From Candidatus Hadarchaeota archaeon (GTDB taxonomy: Archaea; CAYQAE01; CAYVLA01), in assembly GCA_964452145.1 (NCBI GenBank), contig CAYVLA010000005.1, positions 1-64,000 on the forward strand: DNA of 64,000 bases. Reading direction: 5' to 3'. Position 1 is the stretch's first letter, and every line of letters starts with the position of its first letter. A program made the position numbers and the translations under genes. Below the pieces are notes generated by a model. It worked only from the letters and a program-made list of their open reading frames with translations, was not told the origin of the DNA and did no database searches. Of this stretch, positions 59,902-64,000 are shown piece after piece.

Positions 59902-60998
59902 GGACGGCGGGGCTCTTGGATCTATCGGGCTTCAAGGATAGGGAACTCGTCGGGCGCGCTGCGGCCATCCTGCGGAAGACCTGCGGAGACCGGGAGCTGC
60001 GCTTGATGCATGTCTGCGGGACCCATGAGAACGCGATTACGCGCTTCGGGATCCGCTCGATGTTGCCTGGAAACCTGAAGGTAGTCGCGGGGCCGGGATG
60101 TCCGGTCTGTGTGACCGGCGTTTCCGAGATAGACCAGGCGATCAGGATTGCCATGGACCATGCCAGGGTCTACACCTACGGAGACATGTTCGCAGTTCCA
60201 GGCAGCGCGGGATCTCTGCGGGACGCGCGGGCCGAGGGGGCGCGGGTGAAGGTTGTTTACAGCATAACCGACGCCCTGGCCGCGGCGCGGGCAAACAGGG
60301 AGCCATCGACCTTCTTCTCGATAGGCTTCGAGACAACGACCCCCCTAGCTGCCTCGGCCATCGTTTCAGGTGTGCCGGACAACTTCTCATTCATCGTGTC
60401 CCACCGGCTCATCCCCCCCGCTTTGATGGCCCTGCTTGAGTCGGGAAGGATCGGCATCGACGGGCTCATCTGTCCCGGCCATGTGTCGACGATCATCGGC
60501 ACCAGGCCTTACGAGGTCTTCGCAAAGGAATATGGCTTGCCGGTTGCGGTATCCGGATTTGAACCCCTGGATATCATGCTCAGCCTGATCGATATTGTCA
60601 GGCAGAATAGGACGGGCAGTTGCAGGGTCTTCAATGAGTACTCCAGGGCTGTGAGGCCGGAGGGCAACCCGAAAGCCCTGGACATGATTGATCGGGTCTT
60701 CCGGGTCTGCGACACGGAATGGCGAGGGATCGGCAACTTGGCATCATCCGGCTTAGAGCTTAGGGAGGAGTTCGCGGACTTGGATGCCGGACCCAGGTTC
60801 GGGATAAGGAGGGTGCCTGAAGGTGGCATGCCTGCCGGCTGCAGATGTGCCGATGTTCTGCTCGGATCCCTTGCCCCGAGCAGCTGCCCGTTGTTCGGAT
60901 CGAGTTGCACCCCTCAGCACCCCATTGGGCCTTGCATGGTATCCAGCGAGGGCACATGCAGGATCTGGCTGCTGTACGGGGGCGGGGAGGAGGTGTGA
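59898..60998 (+). CDS. hypD: Hydrogenase maturation protein HypD
   Basis: MHVCGTHE, GPGCPVCVT, GFETT, PGHVS and GPCMVSSEGTC. Confidence 0.98.
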   Translation: MRTAGLLDLSGFKDRELVGRAAAILRKTCGDRELRLMHVCGTHENAITRFGIRSMLPGNLKVVAGPGCPVCVTGVSEIDQAIRIAMDHARVYTYGDMFAVPGSAGSLRDARAEGARVKVVYSITDALAAARANREPSTFFSIGFETTTPLAASAIVSGVPDNFSFIVSHRLIPPALMALLESGRIGIDGLICPGHVSTIIGTRPYEVFAKEYGLPVAVSGFEPLDIMLSLIDIVRQNRTGSCRVFNEYSRAVRPEGNPKALDMIDRVFRVCDTEWRGIGNLASSGLELREEFADLDAGPRFGIRRVPEGGMPAGCRCADVLLGSLAPSSCPLFGSSCTPQHPIGPCMVSSEGTCRIWLLYGGGEEV

Positions 60999-61001
60999 GG
61001 A

Positions 61002-62033
61002 TTGGGAGCCAGGGAAAGGGAATCGGTGACCATTGAGGATGGTTCCGGAGGACGCGCAATGATGAGCCTAATACGGGAGGTCATCCTCAAGAACATCACC
61101 AAGTGGGGAAAGGGCGGGGTCACCCTCAGGGACCTGGACGACTCCGGCTCCGTGGTCTGGGGTGATCTGGAGATCGTACTCACCACGGACGCCCACACTG
61201 TGAAGCCCCTCTTCTTCCCGGGGGGCAACATCGGCACGCTGGCCGCAGCGGGGACGCTCAACGACATATCGGTCATGGGAGTGAAGCCCCTCGCCATGAG
61301 CTGCTCGATGGTGTTGGAGGAGGGGTTCCCCCGCTCCGATCTAGAAGACATTGTGTCGTCCATGAACCATGTCCTGGAGGAAGTTGACGTGGACTTGATC
61401 ACGGGCGACACCAAGGTCGTGGAGAGGGGGGACTTGGATCGCATGGTGATCACGACCTCAGCGATCGGCGTGTCTCCAAGGGGAAGCGTAATCCGGGATA
61501 GCGGGCTTCGACCCGGCGACAAGATCATCGTGTCGGGATCGGTGGGGGACCACGGGATAGTCGTGCTATCGGCCAGGGAGGAGTTCGACTTCGGGCTGAG
61601 GACCCGGTCAGATGTTGGTCCCATATGGGAAGTGGTTGACGCGGCGATCCAGGTCGGTGGCGTGACAGCGATGAAGGACCCGACCAGGGGGGGCTTGGCG
61701 AATGCGCTGAACGAGCTCGCTGAGAAGTCGAAGGTTGGCATGGAGATACGCGAGGGACGAATACCCGTGAAGGAGGACATCCTTGCCGCCGCCGAGATGC
61801 TGGGAGTCGACCCCTACTCGATCACCAACGAGGGAAAGGTGGTTATCGGGGTTGCCGCGGATATGGCGGAAAGCGTCCTCTCCGCTGTAAGATCGACGGG
61901 GCGAGGTATCGAGGCTGCCATCATCGGCGAGGCAGTGAGCCATCATCCAGGGCAGGTCGTCATGGAGACCCTGGTGGGCGGAAGACGGCTCATGGAGCCT
62001 CCGATCGGGGATCCCGCACCTAGGATCTGCTAG
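61002..62033 (+). CDS. hypE: Hydrogenase maturation protein HypE
   Basis: GSGG, PLFFPGGNIG, GDTKVV, DPTRGG, NEGK and C-terminal PRIC. Confidence 0.98.
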   Translation: MGARERESVTIEDGSGGRAMMSLIREVILKNITKWGKGGVTLRDLDDSGSVVWGDLEIVLTTDAHTVKPLFFPGGNIGTLAAAGTLNDISVMGVKPLAMSCSMVLEEGFPRSDLEDIVSSMNHVLEEVDVDLITGDTKVVERGDLDRMVITTSAIGVSPRGSVIRDSGLRPGDKIIVSGSVGDHGIVVLSAREEFDFGLRTRSDVGPIWEVVDAAIQVGGVTAMKDPTRGGLANALNELAEKSKVGMEIREGRIPVKEDILAAAEMLGVDPYSITNEGKVVIGVAADMAESVLSAVRSTGRGIEAAIIGEAVSHHPGQVVMETLVGGRRLMEPPIGDPAPRIC

Positions 62034-62202
62034 GGTCAGATGGAGCGCGACGCGGCCATTTCGAGGCCGATTCGTATTTGCTGACACCGAGAACTCAAGT
62101 ACTCTTTCGTACCTGGAAGGAGCAGACCCTAGCCTTGGGCCAAGGCGCGGCCCTTGCCGAGCAGCAGAGATTTAACAGAATACACCGCATAATCGGTCTG
62201 CC

Positions 62203-64000
62203 ATGAACGGGACGACCGCTTTCCTGTTGGTCCTCTGCACCCTCCTGCCATCGATGTGTCTGGGCCATCCTCTCATTGGGCGGGAAGACGCCGTCCAACT
62301 TGTCGAGCGCCTCGCTCCCCAGACCCAGGAGTACTATGATTCCCTCTTGGCCGGAAAGCCCTATTTCCCGTCCCTGATGGCATGGGGCATGCAGTATCTG
62401 GTGAGGACATGTCTCATAATGTACCACCTCACCGAAGATGAGGCCTGGCTATGGCAGGCCGTCAAGAACACGGACTACTTCGTCGAATGCTCGGACGTCA
62501 ACGGCGACGGCATCCCCTCCTGGGGCAGCTACAACGAGAGCTATGGAGAACCTCGCTTCGGCTATGTGGAGTGGACGGTGTGGGACGGGGTCATAGGCTA
62601 CTCGATGTTGGAGGTTGCCAAGGTCATCCGATCAAGAGTCGAGCTGTCCTCGAATCCCAACCTGTCCAGTAGGGCAGATGCGTACGTCGATCTGGTTTCC
62701 CGAGTCGTGGAGCGACACTATCCCTCGTGGAACCAGGTCAAGCCGGATCAGGGCTACTACTGGGACGACCCCAAATCCGACCTCGGACCCTATGTGAACG
62801 GTTTCGCTGCCCTGGGAAGGGCCGAGATAATGCTGTTCGAGCTGACCGGCAACCAGACATATTTGGACAGGCCTCGGCAGATGGCCAACTTCATCCTGGC
62901 CAACATGCGCTATGACAAGATCGACGATCTCTACACGTGGGAATACAAGATCGGACAGGCGCCGGCCGAGGATATCAGCCACGGCGCCATAGACCTGGAG
63001 TTCCTGCTATTGGCACATGGGCAGGGCCTGGTCGCCGAACGGGATATCCTTCGGATCTGCAATACGTACGTGAAGAGGATATGGACTGTGCCGCGTCTTC
63101 CCGATGGTTATCCCCTTGCCATGAGGGTGGACGGATCGGGAGGAAGCGATTACACGACCATGTCTCGAGGATGGATTCTTCTTGCCAGATCTGTTCCGGC
63201 CATATACGAGATGCAGCGCGTAGCCCTTGGGGTGGAGCACGAGAGATACGGTCTATCCAAAGACGCCTACGTGCTTCTTGCCGTGGCCCAAGTACCTTAT
63301 GTCGCCCGGGAACTGATCTCAACTGGGGTTGACCCGGGCATCCTGGAGGTGTTGGACCCCCAGATGCTTTCGGATATCCTGAGCCGGGCTCAGGCGAGGC
63401 TCGATCTGTGCATCTCGGCGGGCTCGAAGGCAACGCACGCATCGTCCTTGCTGGAGCAGGCCGCGACTCAGCTGGGCGCCGATCCTCCGATAGAGTATTC
63501 GATCCCCATAGCCCTCATCTGGCGGGCTTACGACGATCTGGGCAGGATTCTGGAGTCAGCCAGCAAGATAGGAGCGCTGGTGGAAGGCCTGACCGAGGCA
63601 GAAGACCTTGGCGCCGAGGTCGCGGATCTGTGGGGCAACTTGGCACGGCTTCGAGAGGACTTTTCGGGCGCCGAACAGGCACACGTTCTGGATTCCATAG
63701 ACGCCGAGGTCGGGGAGCTCTCATTTGAGGTGCAGATTCGGGTGGCCCGGTCCCTGATCGAGCAGGCGGAGGACGTGGTGGCGAAGGCAAAGATGATGGG
63801 GATTGATACCTCCAGGGCCGAGATCTTCCTGGGGCGGGCGAAGGAGGAGTTCGAGAAGGGCAACTACGGCCCGGCAAGGCGTTTCACCGAGTACCCTTTG
63901 AGATTGAGGGAAGCGATTGGGGAAGGGGTTCTTGCAGCGTTCTCTCTGCTCGCGCTGCTCCTTGCGCGCGTGTTGATCCCTGTTGCCAGTATCCTCGTGG
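62203..64000 (+). CDS. Secreted, membrane-anchored (alpha/alpha)-barrel-like protein with helical stalk; 3' end runs off the window (absent from the ORF track)
   Basis: Manual translation: MNGTTAFLLVLCTLLPSMCLG...DVNGDGIPSW...WTVWDG...EDISHGAID...GIDTSRAEIFLGRAKEEFEKGNY...AIGEGVLAAFSLLALLL. The same frame is open at both ends. Confidence 0.8.
   Translation, partial: MNGTTAFLLVLCTLLPSMCLGHPLIGREDAVQLVERLAPQTQEYYDSLLAGKPYFPSLMAWGMQYLVRTCLIMYHLTEDEAWLWQAVKNTDYFVECSDVNGDGIPSWGSYNESYGEPRFGYVEWTVWDGVIGYSMLEVAKVIRSRVELSSNPNLSSRADAYVDLVSRVVERHYPSWNQVKPDQGYYWDDPKSDLGPYVNGFAALGRAEIMLFELTGNQTYLDRPRQMANFILANMRYDKIDDLYTWEYKIGQAPAEDISHGAIDLEFLLLAHGQGLVAERDILRICNTYVKRIWTVPRLPDGYPLAMRVDGSGGSDYTTMSRGWILLARSVPAIYEMQRVALGVEHERYGLSKDAYVLLAVAQVPYVARELISTGVDPGILEVLDPQMLSDILSRAQARLDLCISAGSKATHASSLLEQAATQLGADPPIEYSIPIALIWRAYDDLGRILESASKIGALVEGLTEAEDLGAEVADLWGNLARLREDFSGAEQAHVLDSIDAEVGELSFEVQIRVARSLIEQAEDVVAKAKMMGIDTSRAEIFLGRAKEEFEKGNYGPARRFTEYPLRLREAIGEGVLAAFSLLALLLARVLIPVASILV

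Noticed and set aside
57239..62033. hyp cluster without hypA/hypB or hydrogenase structural genes
   Set aside because: Scattered hyp genes are normal in archaea; the missing genes may lie outside the window.
1..64000. tRNA or rRNA genes
   Set aside because: No cloverleaf/T-loop or rRNA signature was noticed by eye; a tRNAscan-SE/Infernal run would be needed to exclude them formally.

Overview
GC-rich archaeal chromosome segment. Archaeal origin is supported by Alba, an ADP-dependent sugar kinase, an archaeal-type SRP RNA and TATA-box promoters; the lineage cannot be fixed from sequence alone. It starts with a complete IS630-family element (1-1085). Core genes include grpE-dnaK-dnaJ, SRP RNA followed by leuA-ilvB-ilvH, ilvC, alba and hypF/hypCDE. 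Many accessory carbohydrate and hydrolase genes are interspersed (GH51, sialidase-like, beta-propeller GH, esterase, sulfatase-like, SMP-30, amidohydrolases, URO-D-like). The most striking feature is an uncharacterised family of eight dispersed paralogous membrane-anchored proteins ('family A'). Each has a signal peptide, a divergent GATase1-like ectodomain, a helical stalk and a strongly conserved C-terminal W-x4-EW...RRxLYxxVxxTR anchor. A second two-member family ('family B') sits next to family A genes. Other oddities: leuA has no in-frame start codon and is preceded by a short uORF with prfB-like +1 frameshift geometry at a Val codon; a thymidylate-kinase-like gene can only start at a non-canonical codon; a NikR-like protein without nickel ligands is co-transcribed with a PD-(D/E)XK nuclease and ModE; and a SNAP-like TPR / SpoIIM operon lies upstream of SRP RNA. 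All assignments come from manual motif reading; no database searches were run.
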